Assembly (NCBI GenBank): GCA_944387055.1
Contig: CALXDL010000011.1
Location: forward strand, 1,696-65,695
Source: an uncultured Oscillospiraceae bacterium
GTDB lineage: Bacteria > Bacillota > Clostridia > Oscillospirales > Oscillospiraceae
Direction: 5' to 3'
Length of the DNA: 64,000 nt
The position numbers were made by a program, and so were the translations under genes. Under the pieces are notes generated by a model that did no database searches, had not been told where the DNA came from, and worked only from the letters and a program-made list of their open reading frames with translations. This document shows, one piece after another, positions 51,560-61,971 of the stretch; positions within the stretch are counted from its first letter, which is position 1; the number at the start of each line of letters is the position of its first letter.

Positions 51560-51692
51560 GTTCTGGATCGTATGATTCCGCTATCGTTCCTTCTCGAAAT
51601 AGGTCATACCAGCAAGGGGCTCTTTGCTGGGACGACCGATCCAACTGATCGTCTAAGGACCGCCCGAAGGCGGTCCATCGGCGTTCGGATAT

Positions 51693-52715
51693 TCAGCACT
51701 TGGACAGATCCTGGAGGAAGTCTTCCACAGCGTTCTCCGGCGTGGACCAGCTGGTCACCAAACGGATGCAGGTATGGTCCGGGTCCACCGGATGGTCGCT
51801 CTCGAATCCATAGCTCATGTCCTGGAGCTTCCTGATCGTCTCATTAGGCAGCACCGGGAACTGCTGATTGGAGGGGGACACGACAGGGAAGGGATAGCCC
51901 ATGGCTGCAATGCCATCCCGCAGCTTGATGGCCATCGCATTGGCGTGGCGGGCGATGTCGAAGTATAAGCCGTCTTCCAGCAGGGCCTGGAATTGGACGC
52001 CCAGCAGCCTCCCCTTTGCCAGGATGGCGCCCCGCTGCTTCATGTACCAACGGAAGTGCGCATTGGGCTTGGTCAGGACCAGTGCTTCGCCGAAGAGCGC
52101 GCCGTTCTTGGTCCCGCCGATATAGAACGCGTCAGTCAAGGCCGCGAGGGCTGGCAGATCCAAGTCGTTCCCCTGGGCGGTAAGGGCGGAGCCCAGGCGG
52201 GCTCCATCCAGGAAAAGGAAGAGACCGTGGTCGTCACAGCAGCGGCGGAGAGCCTCTAGCTCTTTTCTTGTATAGATGGTGCCGACTTCCGTCGTATCAG
52301 AGATGTACACCAGACGGGGGAGGACCATATGTTCCGTGCCATTGTGTCCTGCTAGCACGTCCTCCACCAGAGCAGGCGTTAGCTTGCCGTCAGGAGCGAC
52401 AGCTGTGCAGACCTTGTGGCCGGTGCATTCGATGGCACCAGTCTCATGGGTGTTCACGTGGCCGGTCTGCGCGGCGATGACTGCTTCATAAGGCTCCAAC
52501 GTGGCGGCGATAGTCACCAGATTGGTCTGCGTGCCGCCCACCAGGAAGTGGACGTCTGCCTCGGGTGCAGCGCACAGATCGCGGATCAGGTCTGCTGCCG
52601 CCAAGCAGTAAGGGTCCAGACCGTAGCCGCAGGTCTGCTCCAGATCAGTGTCCACGAGGGCTTGGAGGACCTTGGGATGGGCACCCTCACTGTAATCGTT
52701 CCGGAAACTGTACAT
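51693..52715 (-). CDS. Low-specificity L-threonine aldolase (PLP)
   Basis: FRNDYSEG, GGTQTN, HETGA, LDGARL, GGTKNG. Confidence 0.92.
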   Translation of the reverse strand: MYSFRNDYSEGAHPKVLQALVDTDLEQTCGYGLDPYCLAAADLIRDLCAAPEADVHFLVGGTQTNLVTIAATLEPYEAVIAAQTGHVNTHETGAIECTGHKVCTAVAPDGKLTPALVEDVLAGHNGTEHMVLPRLVYISDTTEVGTIYTRKELEALRRCCDDHGLFLFLDGARLGSALTAQGNDLDLPALAALTDAFYIGGTKNGALFGEALVLTKPNAHFRWYMKQRGAILAKGRLLGVQFQALLEDGLYFDIARHANAMAIKLRDGIAAMGYPFPVVSPSNQQFPVLPNETIRKLQDMSYGFESDHPVDPDHTCIRLVTSWSTPENAVEDFLQDLSKC

Positions 52716-52853
52716 TTCTTCCACCTGCTTTCTAGATCGTAACACTTGTTACAGTTTTGATGTTGCAATCATACCGCGCTTCCTGTATAAATGCAAGAAG
52801 GAGACAGCCAGATTACTAAATTTCGTGGGATCTGGGGAAACTGCTCCCTGGAG

Positions 52854-52879
52854 GAAACTTTTTTCCGTCCAGCTCCGTC
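52854..52879 (+). promoter_or_regulatory. Putative ECF-sigma promoter
   Basis: GAAAC -17- CGTC about 40 nt upstream of the lipoprotein start. Confidence 0.55.
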
Positions 52880-52921
52880 TGGATAGTTGGAACGACAAAG
52901 AACGACAAAAAGGAGACTGAC

Positions 52922-53416
52922 ATGAGAAAGATCGCACGGATCCTGGCGGCATTGATGCTGATGAGCCTGCTGGCCGCCTGCGGCAGCGGAGATACTGAGA
53001 CGAAGGATGTGGACCTGGCTGCTTTCTATGAGACGGAGGCAGAAGCCTTCGGCTGGGAGGAGGGCTACATGGTCGATATCGAAGGAGACCTGCTGGAAAG
53101 CTATTACCCGGGGCTGAGCGAGCTCACTGCCAAGCAGCTCGTGGCCAAGGCCCCGATGATGTCCGCCGTCGTGAGCGAACTGGTGCTGATGCAGTGTGAG
53201 ACGGAGGAGGATGCGGGCGAGGCCGCTGCGATCCTGCAAGCACGTATCGACTATCAGGTGGGCGACGAGACGAATCCGGGCGGTGCTTGGTATCCCGCTT
53301 CCATCGAGGCCTGGAAGGAGGCCGAGGTGATCGAGCAGGGGACCTATGTAGCGCTGATCGCATCATCTGAACATCAGGATGAACTGGTGGAGGACTTCAA
53401 TGCGCTCTTTGTTTGA
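52922..53416 (+). CDS. Lipoprotein, DUF4358-like
   Basis: Lipobox LAAC; acidic domain; usual neighbour of MBOAT/DHHW genes. Confidence 0.8.
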   Translation: MRKIARILAALMLMSLLAACGSGDTETKDVDLAAFYETEAEAFGWEEGYMVDIEGDLLESYYPGLSELTAKQLVAKAPMMSAVVSELVLMQCETEEDAGEAAAILQARIDYQVGDETNPGGAWYPASIEAWKEAEVIEQGTYVALIASSEHQDELVEDFNALFV

Positions 53417-53485
53417 GCGCGATCAGATACACGGGACGGCCGCGGCATCGCCGCGGCTGTCCCATAGAGAAGGGAGCGAGAGCAT

Positions 53486-54880
53486 TTGGTCTTCAGCAGC
53501 CTGACATTCCTCTTCGCCTATCTGCCGTTGACGCTGCTGGTGTATTTCCTGGCGCCTCTTCGGTGGCGCAATGGAGTGCTGCTGGTGGTCAGCCTGCTGT
53601 TCTACGGATGGGGAGAACCGGTGTATATCACCATCATGATCCTCTCCACCCTGATCGACTATACGCACGGGATCCTGGTGGAGAGATATCGAGAGGACGA
53701 CCGGAAGGCGCGATGGTTCGTGGGGCAGTCGGTGGTGTTCAACCTGCTGCTACTCGGTTTTTTCAAATATTGGGATTTCCTGGCGGCGCAGCTGGACGCG
53801 CTGCTGGGGCTTTCGCTCCCCGTACTGGGGATACCGCTGCCGATCGGCATCTCCTTCTTCACGTTCCAGACCATGAGCTATACGATCGATGTCTACCGGC
53901 GAGACGCATCGGTACAGCGTGACCTCATCAGCTTCGGTGCGTTCGTCACGATGTTCCCCCAACTCATCGCAGGTCCCATCGTGCAGTATCGATCTGTAGC
54001 CAAAGAACTGGCCCACCGGGAACACAGTGCCATCGGTTTCGCTCTGGGAGCCAGACGGTTCACCGTGGGCCTTTGCAAGAAGGTGCTGCTGGCCAATGCC
54101 ATCGGTACCCTGTGGGAGGAGTGCCTGGCGGCTCAGGGCTCCGGAGACCTGACCACTCTGGGAGCATGGATGGGACTGTTCGCCTATGGCTTCCAGATAT
54201 ATTTCGATTTTTCCGGCTATTCGGATATGGCCATCGGCCTGGGGCATATGTTCGGGTTCCGCTTCCCAGAGAATTTCGACTATCCCTACTGCGCCGCATC
54301 CGTGACGGAGTTCTGGCGCCGGTGGCACATGTCTCTGACCTCCTGGTTCCGGGAGTATCTGTATATCCCCCTTGGCGGCAACCGGGGCGGTACCGCCAAG
54401 ACGCTGCGCAACATCCTGATCGTCTGGGCTTGCACCGGCCTTTGGCACGGTGCCAGCTGGAACTTCATCCTCTGGGGACTCTACTTCGCCGCATGGCTGA
54501 TCCTGGAGAAGTATGTCCTGCGGGGCGTGCTGGCCCGGACCCCTGGATGGATCAAGCACACCTACACCCTGCTCGTGGTATTCGTGGGCTGGGGCCTTTT
54601 CGCGATGGAGGATCTCAGTGTGTGCGGACAGTATCTGGCCGTGTGTTTCGGGCAGGGAGCCCTTTGGGATGCCGGGGACTTCTTCTGGCTGCGCAGCTAC
54701 GCCCTGACCTTCCTGGCGCTGATCATCGGGGCCACTGCCCTGATGCGGCGTTCGTGGCAGCGCCTGCCAGAGCGGGCGGAACAGGTGCTCACGCCCATCC
54801 TCATGTTGGCTGGATCGGTGATCTGCACGGCCTATCTGGTGGATGGCAGCTATAATCCATTCTTGTACTTCCGGTTCTGA
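53486..54880 (+). CDS. MBOAT family O-acyltransferase (AlgI/PatA/DltB-like)
   Basis: PIGISFFTFQ, FPQLIAGPI, YFDFSGYSDMAIG, FWRRWH, GLWHGA. Confidence 0.95.
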   Translation: MVFSSLTFLFAYLPLTLLVYFLAPLRWRNGVLLVVSLLFYGWGEPVYITIMILSTLIDYTHGILVERYREDDRKARWFVGQSVVFNLLLLGFFKYWDFLAAQLDALLGLSLPVLGIPLPIGISFFTFQTMSYTIDVYRRDASVQRDLISFGAFVTMFPQLIAGPIVQYRSVAKELAHREHSAIGFALGARRFTVGLCKKVLLANAIGTLWEECLAAQGSGDLTTLGAWMGLFAYGFQIYFDFSGYSDMAIGLGHMFGFRFPENFDYPYCAASVTEFWRRWHMSLTSWFREYLYIPLGGNRGGTAKTLRNILIVWACTGLWHGASWNFILWGLYFAAWLILEKYVLRGVLARTPGWIKHTYTLLVVFVGWGLFAMEDLSVCGQYLAVCFGQGALWDAGDFFWLRSYALTFLALIIGATALMRRSWQRLPERAEQVLTPILMLAGSVICTAYLVDGSYNPFLYFRF

Positions 54881-55021
54881 GGAGGAAGATCATGCGGACA
54901 CTGTGGACCTCTTGGCGGTGCGGATGTGCTCCGGCTTGGTGGTATTGGCGGGGCCCTATAAGAGCGGGAACGGCCCTCAGCGGCGCGACCCATGAGAGGC
55001 AGAGAGGGGGCGAGAGATGAT

Positions 55022-56137
55022 ATGACGAAGCGATATGCTTGGACCGTGACGGCACTTTTCTGCCTGTTCCTGGGCGGCCTCATGGTCTGGCAAGCGCTCC
55101 TGCCGGACCGGGACCGGTCCGATGTGGAGAATCGTACGCTGGCTCAGCTGCCGGCATTGACGCTCTCCGGCGTGCTGGATGGAACGTATATGGAAGACCT
55201 GGAGGCCTATGTCCAAGATCAATTCCCTCTGCGGGACGGTTGGACAGGCCTCAAAGCCCGGGCGGAACAGCTCTTGGGCAAGCAGCTTTTCAATGATGTC
55301 TATCTCTGCGATGATACGCTCATCGCTAAAGTAGGACCGCCGGACATCGATCAGGCGGATAAGGGCCTCTCCTATGTCGGTCAGCTGGACAAGAATACGG
55401 ACGCACCAGTGTATCTGGGCCTCATCCCCTCGGCGGCGGAAGTGTGGAAAGACGAGCTCCCGGCGGGGGCGGAGAGTTGGGACCAGGCGGCTTTCTTGCG
55501 GAAGGCGGAAGAGACAGGGCTCCCTATGATCGACTTTCAAGGAGCGCTGTCTGCCCACGCAGACGAACCGATCTTCTACCGCACGGACCACCATTGGACA
55601 TCGCTTGGGGCGTTCTATGGCGCCAACGCCGTGCTGGAAGCGCTTGGACAGCCGCCCCTGGATCAAGCGGACTTCCAGCCGGAGACGGTCAGCCGGACTT
55701 TCAACGGAACGCTCTACTCACAGTCTGGCATCCATTGGCTGCCCTCTGATGAGATAGAATTCTGGGTGGAGGAGGATGGGCTCACAGTCACCTCGTGGAG
55801 GACCGGGGGACCGCAGCCAGCGGCTCTCTATGAGCGCAGCTGGCTGAGCCAGAAAGACCAGTATTCCGCTTTCTTGGGCGGCAATCAGCCTCTGTGCGTC
55901 ATCCGGAACGAAGCGCTCCCGGAGGGTGAGAAGATCCTGCTAATCCGGGATTCCTATTCAGACGCTCTGGCTCCGTTCCTGGCGCAGCGGTCCTCAGAGG
56001 TCCATCTGTTGGACCTGCGGTATTACCGTGCGTCTCCGGCGCTGTATGCGGCAGAGAACCAAATCGATACCATATGCGTGCTTTTCAGCATCCCCAATTT
56101 CATCACAGATAGGAACCTGGTGCTCCTAGGCCAATGA
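55022..56137 (+). CDS. DHHW family protein (AlgJ/PatB-like SGNH acyltransferase)
   Basis: N-terminal TM, ENRTLA, YRTDHHWT, RDSYS. Confidence 0.9.
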   Translation: MTKRYAWTVTALFCLFLGGLMVWQALLPDRDRSDVENRTLAQLPALTLSGVLDGTYMEDLEAYVQDQFPLRDGWTGLKARAEQLLGKQLFNDVYLCDDTLIAKVGPPDIDQADKGLSYVGQLDKNTDAPVYLGLIPSAAEVWKDELPAGAESWDQAAFLRKAEETGLPMIDFQGALSAHADEPIFYRTDHHWTSLGAFYGANAVLEALGQPPLDQADFQPETVSRTFNGTLYSQSGIHWLPSDEIEFWVEEDGLTVTSWRTGGPQPAALYERSWLSQKDQYSAFLGGNQPLCVIRNEALPEGEKILLIRDSYSDALAPFLAQRSSEVHLLDLRYYRASPALYAAENQIDTICVLFSIPNFITDRNLVLLGQ

Positions 56138-56168
56138 GAGAGGCTGCCATCGGCAGCCTCTCTCATTT
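56133..56168. terminator. Bidirectional terminator-like hairpin
   Basis: AATGAGAGAGGCTGCC-ATC-GGCAGCCTCTCTCATT. Confidence 0.75.
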
Positions 56169-56265
56169 CCACTCCGCAGGGCCCGTTCCCTCTGCCGTGA
56201 TCGCATAAGGGCAGTCCAGGATGCCGCCCATGTCCGAGACGTCCTCATATCCTAGGGCTGAGAGA

Positions 56266-59200
56266 TCAGCGCGCCGGGAGCGGACTGGCTCCCTCTGCCA
56301 GAGCTGCGCGCTCTGCTGCATCCGTATCCCGCTCACCTTCCAGAGAAGAGAGGAGGGCGGGAGATGGATCTATGGCGGCTTCCGCTGCCTCTGCCGGGAA
56401 ACGAGAGCGGATATCCGGCGCGTAGTCTGCGCCGCCCCTGGGGCTCCAGTATTCTGTCAGCTGATAGCGCCCGTTGACTGTGGCGAAGGAGAGAGCCGCT
56501 GGCTCTGCGCCGCCTGTCTGGAGCACACAGCTGCCCGCCGCTGTGCGGTCATAGGAGCCGAAGCAGGTCAGGAGATATACTGTGCAAGTGCAGCCGGTCA
56601 GCTGGGTATACAGGATCTCATAAGACGCAGCGTAAAGATCGTCTCCATGGCCGGAAGCATCGCGGTGGTGGTCCAGGATGGACCAGTAGATGGCGTCCTC
56701 GAGAGAATCATGACTTGCTCCGATGCCATAGGCCTGGATACCAGTGCGTTCCAACAAGGCGCGGAAGACAGCGCCGCCCGCATCGGTCAGATCCCGCTGC
56801 CCCCAGACCGTGGTCTGGATGGCATCCCGCAAGGTCCCCTCTTCATCCAACTGCCCCTGCCCGTGATAGGAGGCGAGGAGCTCCACTGCCTCCGCCTGCT
56901 GGTCCTGCGGCAGTGTGCCCACCGTGTTCAGGAGACCGACGGTGCCGAGACTGAACATGGTCAAAAAGGTATCTCCGCCGATCTGCTCTGGGGTCACGAG
57001 ACCTTGACGCAGCAGGGAGGCTGCCAGCTCTGCCCGGAAAGCAGGAGCATCCGGGGCGGTGTCGAAAGCGATGTCGCCCTGCAGCTGCGTATACTGACCG
57101 TCCTCGTTCAAGAATATGAGATAAGACGATGCACAGGAGAGGCCGCGCACCCACCCATCCGCGTCCATCTCCATGCTGCCGGCCAGGGCGACGGCCTCAG
57201 GGACCGCGGCATGGGCCTCCCAACCGACCCGATAGATCTCCAGAGGAACGCCTTCAAAAGGAGCGTATCCGGTAACAGGAGCCAGGTAGCACAGGCGCCA
57301 GCCGTCATACTGGGCGGCTTTGACCCCGTCTTGGACGCGGAATGCGGTGAAGTCTGCCTGCGCCGTCTGGCGGGCCGCCGATAAGACTGACTCCGGGAAT
57401 GGGGATCCCTCTGCGCCGTCCTCCGCCATCGTCACCGGCTCAAGCTGTCCGGCGGCAGTAGGATCCGACGACGGGGCATGATATCGTCCGATGTCCAATC
57501 CTTCCCGCAGGTGGGCGGGGATATCGTCCACGTGGAGGATCCACTTCCAGGTCCCATCGATGAGCCCGGCGAAATAGTATCGATGCGGGGGATCCAATGG
57601 GCGGCCGTCGAGACCGTCGGCATAGCACACCACGGCATAGAGCTCTGGATTGAGCCAACGTCCGTATTCGATCTGGAGATAGATGGGAGTCCCGGCTTGA
57701 CTGTCCAAGAAAGACTGCCGGCGCACCGCATCAGGGAAATAGAGGCAGGCACCGATCTGAGAGCGGCGGCCTTGCTGCCAAGCGTCCCGCACCTGCTTGT
57801 AAAGTTCCAAGATCTCCGATGGCAGCGTGTCATAGGATAGGTCTCCGGCATAATAGCGCAAAAGATCCAAAGTCTGAGCCTCCCGGCCGGTAAAGCCAGC
57901 CTGGGACAGCTGGCGGAAAACATCCGCCGGGGGATCCTGGCCCAGCGACCAGGCGAGCGCACGGCACCCGAGATCCTGCTCTGTATCGCTGCAGGCGGCA
58001 ATCTCTACCACAGCGGAGACTGGGTGTTCCCGGAACATCTGCCATAGCTCCTGCTGGGTCATACCTGCGATGGTCAGCTCGCCGCGTGCTAAAAAGGTCT
58101 GCTCCATATCCTGCGTGAACATCCGGTCACCGGGAGCGCAGTCATTTTCCATGGTACTGTATAGGAAATCGCGCTGCCCGTCTGCCATCTGGAACAGCAG
58201 GTAGGTGCAATCTGGATAACTGGGCATCACCCAGCCATCTTCTGTCACATACATACCACCAGCCAGGATGACTTCCGACAGCGGCGTCGTGGTGTGGAAC
58301 TCGTGATTGAGCTGATAGACCTGGATCTCTCTATCATAGAAAGCCGTACCATCATCAGGCGAATAAGTATAGACGTGCTCGAGATGCTCGATGCGCCAGT
58401 CATCATAGCGGCCTGCAGCATTCTGAGAGGATGCCACTTCCTGATACCAGGAAGCCACTGCGTTTTTTGCAGCAGCTAGGACGTCGTCCGGGACATCTGG
58501 CGTGCCCAGCACATGGTCGCTGAGCGTCCGGGCATCTGTGTAGACCGACAGCGTCTCGCCATCGAAAGCACCGTAGCGCTTGCGCAGAGCTTGGCTGTCC
58601 CGGAGGAGAGCGTCGATGCGCAGCATCCCGGTATCACTGTCCCATCCGATGCTCACAGTGTCCTGATCAGGATAAGCAGCTACCAACAGAGATGCCAGCT
58701 CCGCTCGGTACAGCTCACCGTCTCGCAGGAAATACAGCAAGGCGCCGACATGGCCAGACGTGATGGAGAGCAGGGCGTCCGGCCAAGGAGAGACGATGAC
58801 AGTCCCGGGGGCAGAGGCCAGGAGATACAAGTTCCCATCCTGGAAGAAATAGTAGCGCCAGGCTGGATAAAGGTTTCCTTCCCCCCTGTAGGGTTCCAGA
58901 TCCTCACCGGCTTCATAGGAGACTCGGAAGCCCTCGCGGCCCAGGATGCCTTCGAAACGCTCCGCCCCATAGTCATAGGAATACGCGGAGGCACGGCCAG
59001 TCAGGAAGCAATGGAGCGTCTGTGCCTCCGGGCTGTCCGCATACCAGTAGACCGCTGTACGGTCAGCTAGGTAGCCCCATCCCACCACAGTCCCATCTGG
59101 CAGTTCCTCTTGTCCCAGCGTCCAGGCGATGTCTGTGCTGGGGAGGTCTGTGGTCGGGGCGGCCTCTGGCTCCCAAGGAGGCACGTCTAGCAGGGATATG

Positions 59201-60264
59201 GCCGTCTCCATCCGGAAGAGGTCGGAGTCCGGACCAGGGGGAGTGCTGGGTCCGGTGAAGGTCATGGCGCACACACCTGCTGCAAGAACCAACACGGCGA
59301 AGAGCGCGATGGCCCGGGTCTGGGTCCGCCCGGCGATACGGGCCACACGGTCTTTGAGTTGGCGTTTCCCGGCGGTCATGGTGGTGGCGGAGAGCAAGGG
59401 GGCCACCGGAGCTTTCCGCACAGGGATGAGGGAGAGGAGCGTTTTTCCGTAGGCGGCACGTTCCCCGTCTCCCAATCGACGGAGGGCCGCTTCATCACAG
59501 GCCAGCTCCCCATCGGTCCTGGAAGCGGCGGCCGCCGCCCACACCAGAGGGTCGAACCAGTACACGGTCAAGCATACGCCCCGCAGCAGCGCCCATACAT
59601 GATCGAGATGGCGGGCATGGGCACTCTCGTGAGCAAGGACGTGACGCAGCCGTTCCGACGTCTGTACGGCGGCAGGCGTCAGATAGATGGCAGGACGGAA
59701 CAGGCCGAACAGACATGGCGACGGGAGGCCCGCGCTGATCAGATAGGTCGGATACCGGCACCCCTCTATGGAGTAAGGGATCCGTGCTTTCCGGAGCCTG
59801 CGCCAAAAGCGCAGATTGGCGGTCAGCAGCCAGACGGCCATGACGATCATGCCGCCGTACCAGAGCGGATAGAGGAACGATGAGAGCGGAGGGAGCCGCA
59901 CCGACCGCGCAGCGGTCGAGGCTGGTCCGTCGGATGCCGCGGCAGTATCCATTGGCGGGACCGTAGGGTCCTGGGACCCGCCGTCCGTCCGGCTGCTGCC
60001 CGGCTGCTCCGGGACGGAGGCCGCTGCCTCCTGTGGGAGAGTGGATATCTGCGCCGATCGCTGCAGCGTGGCTTGCTCCAAGGCATCTGCCGCCGTCAAC
60101 ACAGAGAGGTCCGCTGCCGGGAGGCTCACCGGAACCAACAGCCGCACCAGTACCAGCGCCCATAAGGCGTACTGGACCCAGCGGGAGATGGTGTGACGGA
60201 ACAGCTGCCGCAATAGCAGCAGCGCCAGAATCAATACGGAGGAAGTCAGCAGGATATCTTTCAT
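56266..60264 (-). CDS. BlaR1/MecR1-like M56 peptidase signal transducer with a very large extracellular region (1332 aa)
   Basis: QYALWALVLVRLL, SPCLFG, HESAH zinc motif, ELACDE; coupled to blaI. Confidence 0.92.
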   Translation of the reverse strand: MKDILLTSSVLILALLLLRQLFRHTISRWVQYALWALVLVRLLVPVSLPAADLSVLTAADALEQATLQRSAQISTLPQEAAASVPEQPGSSRTDGGSQDPTVPPMDTAAASDGPASTAARSVRLPPLSSFLYPLWYGGMIVMAVWLLTANLRFWRRLRKARIPYSIEGCRYPTYLISAGLPSPCLFGLFRPAIYLTPAAVQTSERLRHVLAHESAHARHLDHVWALLRGVCLTVYWFDPLVWAAAAASRTDGELACDEAALRRLGDGERAAYGKTLLSLIPVRKAPVAPLLSATTMTAGKRQLKDRVARIAGRTQTRAIALFAVLVLAAGVCAMTFTGPSTPPGPDSDLFRMETAISLLDVPPWEPEAAPTTDLPSTDIAWTLGQEELPDGTVVGWGYLADRTAVYWYADSPEAQTLHCFLTGRASAYSYDYGAERFEGILGREGFRVSYEAGEDLEPYRGEGNLYPAWRYYFFQDGNLYLLASAPGTVIVSPWPDALLSITSGHVGALLYFLRDGELYRAELASLLVAAYPDQDTVSIGWDSDTGMLRIDALLRDSQALRKRYGAFDGETLSVYTDARTLSDHVLGTPDVPDDVLAAAKNAVASWYQEVASSQNAAGRYDDWRIEHLEHVYTYSPDDGTAFYDREIQVYQLNHEFHTTTPLSEVILAGGMYVTEDGWVMPSYPDCTYLLFQMADGQRDFLYSTMENDCAPGDRMFTQDMEQTFLARGELTIAGMTQQELWQMFREHPVSAVVEIAACSDTEQDLGCRALAWSLGQDPPADVFRQLSQAGFTGREAQTLDLLRYYAGDLSYDTLPSEILELYKQVRDAWQQGRRSQIGACLYFPDAVRRQSFLDSQAGTPIYLQIEYGRWLNPELYAVVCYADGLDGRPLDPPHRYYFAGLIDGTWKWILHVDDIPAHLREGLDIGRYHAPSSDPTAAGQLEPVTMAEDGAEGSPFPESVLSAARQTAQADFTAFRVQDGVKAAQYDGWRLCYLAPVTGYAPFEGVPLEIYRVGWEAHAAVPEAVALAGSMEMDADGWVRGLSCASSYLIFLNEDGQYTQLQGDIAFDTAPDAPAFRAELAASLLRQGLVTPEQIGGDTFLTMFSLGTVGLLNTVGTLPQDQQAEAVELLASYHGQGQLDEEGTLRDAIQTTVWGQRDLTDAGGAVFRALLERTGIQAYGIGASHDSLEDAIYWSILDHHRDASGHGDDLYAASYEILYTQLTGCTCTVYLLTCFGSYDRTAAGSCVLQTGGAEPAALSFATVNGRYQLTEYWSPRGGADYAPDIRSRFPAEAAEAAIDPSPALLSSLEGERDTDAAERAALAEGASPLPAR

Positions 60265-60638
60265 GCCCGGTCACCTCCAGCCTTTTCCAAGATCGCGGAG
60301 AGCTCCGCGATGTCCGCTTCTGTCAGGCCGCGGCTCTCCACCAAGTTGCTGACCATCAGTCCCAGGTTCCCGCCGTAGACCTTGGAGAGAAGATTTTCCG
60401 TCTCCGCCAAGGCAGCTTCCTCCCGGTCCACCGCGGGGAAATACTGCTTGGCCCGCAGCCCTTCCTCATGCCGGACAGCACCTTTCGCCTCCAACCGGGA
60501 GAGCATGGTGATGATGGTGTTCTTGGACCAGCCCGTCTCCTCACGCATCGATGCTGTCAACTCCGTGATGGTACGGGGAGACTGTTCCCACAGTCGGTCC
60601 ATCAGCTTCCATTCACTGTTCGAAAGATCGACGGTCAT
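60261..60638 (-). CDS. BlaI/MecI/CopY family repressor
   Basis: LSNSEWKLMDRLW, WSKNTIITMLSRLEAKG. Confidence 0.94.
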   Translation of the reverse strand: MTVDLSNSEWKLMDRLWEQSPRTITELTASMREETGWSKNTIITMLSRLEAKGAVRHEEGLRAKQYFPAVDREEAALAETENLLSKVYGGNLGLMVSNLVESRGLTEADIAELSAILEKAGGDRA

Positions 60639-60654
60639 GGTTCCACCTCCTTTT

Positions 60655-60716
60655 GGTATACAACTGTCTACCTCTATCTGATTTGACCATATCAAAAAGG
60701 TAGACAGTTGTCAACC
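60655..60716 (-). promoter_or_regulatory. Two BlaI-type operators overlapping the blaI promoter
   Basis: Near-palindromes GGTATACAACTGTCTACC (60655-60672) and GGTAGACAGTTGTCAACC (60699-60716); minus-strand TTGACA -17- TATGGT. Confidence 0.8.
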
Positions 60717-60934
60717 TCAAAACGGTGACAGATCGGGAACAGAACGGCTTTGCCGCTCTGTTCCCGATCTGCACTGCGGATCGTGATGTCCTGGTGGAGG
60801 CTGGAGCCGATCGGAGCGTGTCTGGAGCGACCGGCGCCATACTCTGCGGATAGCTGACGAGAGGACCCGCTGCCAAGAGAAGGACGGGCGGCATCTGGGG
60901 GCTCGGCCTCAGGGCGGTGTGTGGCGGGCATGGC

Positions 60935-61819
60935 TTACAGCGCCCGCCACAGCAGGCGGCAGTCGGAGAACTCCGCTAACACCGCGCCCCTGTCCAGCAG
61001 ATATGACAGATACGACCGGATCGTGCTCCCTACCAGGACATATTGATCAAAGTCCATGGTGAGCTGATAGTGCTGGAACATCTGCTGCAGGATGTCCTCG
61101 AAGCACTGTGGTGTCCGGCAGAGATCCAGGAGAAGACTGCAGATCTCCAGCACTTTGGCCCGGTTCAGCTCTGCCAAGGGGCGGATGTCCTCCACAGGAT
61201 CTGCATGCGCAGGGATGAAGAGACTACCGTCCAGTCTGCATACTTTGTCCAACGTGTCCAGATAGGCTGCCACGTCATAGATGAAGTTCACATGGTATTT
61301 CTCCACGATGTTGGGGCCTGACAGGCAGTCCGCCAGGAACCACACTCCGTCGCTGGTGCGGAAACCGCACATGTCGAAGAAGTGGCCGGGCAAAGGGAGC
61401 ATCTCCAACCCTTCCGGCAGGACCTCGGGCGTGAGGGGACTGCAGTCGCTGGGCTGAGCCAGGAGGAATTTGTTCCGCAGAGCCTTGGGGGGATAGCCGC
61501 CGTAGAGGAACGCCGGCTCTAAGATGGGGTGGGAAGTGATAGCGGCGTCGATGCCGGGAGCGAAGGCTGGAGCGCCAGACCGCTGCTGGAGCAGGGCGTT
61601 CCCGCCGATGTGGTCCGCATTGGCATGGGTGTTCAAGATAGCACGCAGGTGCCAGCCCTGAGCATCCAGGATCTTTAGGACCTTCCGGCCCGCATCTTTA
61701 TCATTGCCGCTGTCGATGAGGACTGCATCACTGCCCTCTGGTCTCCAGATGCCCATTTTCGCAGGACACTGGATATAATATGTGTGGGGCGCGGCCTGGA
61801 TCAATTCGTACATAGACAT
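60935..61819 (-). CDS. MBL-fold metallo-hydrolase
   Basis: LIDSG, THANADHIGG, LPGH, IPAH. Confidence 0.88.
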   Translation of the reverse strand: MSMYELIQAAPHTYYIQCPAKMGIWRPEGSDAVLIDSGNDKDAGRKVLKILDAQGWHLRAILNTHANADHIGGNALLQQRSGAPAFAPGIDAAITSHPILEPAFLYGGYPPKALRNKFLLAQPSDCSPLTPEVLPEGLEMLPLPGHFFDMCGFRTSDGVWFLADCLSGPNIVEKYHVNFIYDVAAYLDTLDKVCRLDGSLFIPAHADPVEDIRPLAELNRAKVLEICSLLLDLCRTPQCFEDILQQMFQHYQLTMDFDQYVLVGSTIRSYLSYLLDRGAVLAEFSDCRLLWRAL

Positions 61820-61971
61820 CCCTCCCGTTCTTGAAAGCGCACTGTCTGCCAGTGCAGCTGGTGCTCACAGTGTACCACGGATGGCTGCAGGAGACAATGT
61901 GCTTTCACGGTTGACCGGCTCCGGATTTTGTCCTAAAATAGACCTCGAGACTATGAGGGATCGGTGAACAT

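Noticed and set aside
60935-61819. MBL-fold gene as the beta-lactamase of a bla system
   Set aside because: No signal peptide, atypical HANADH motif, and the BlaI operators lie downstream of it so would not control it
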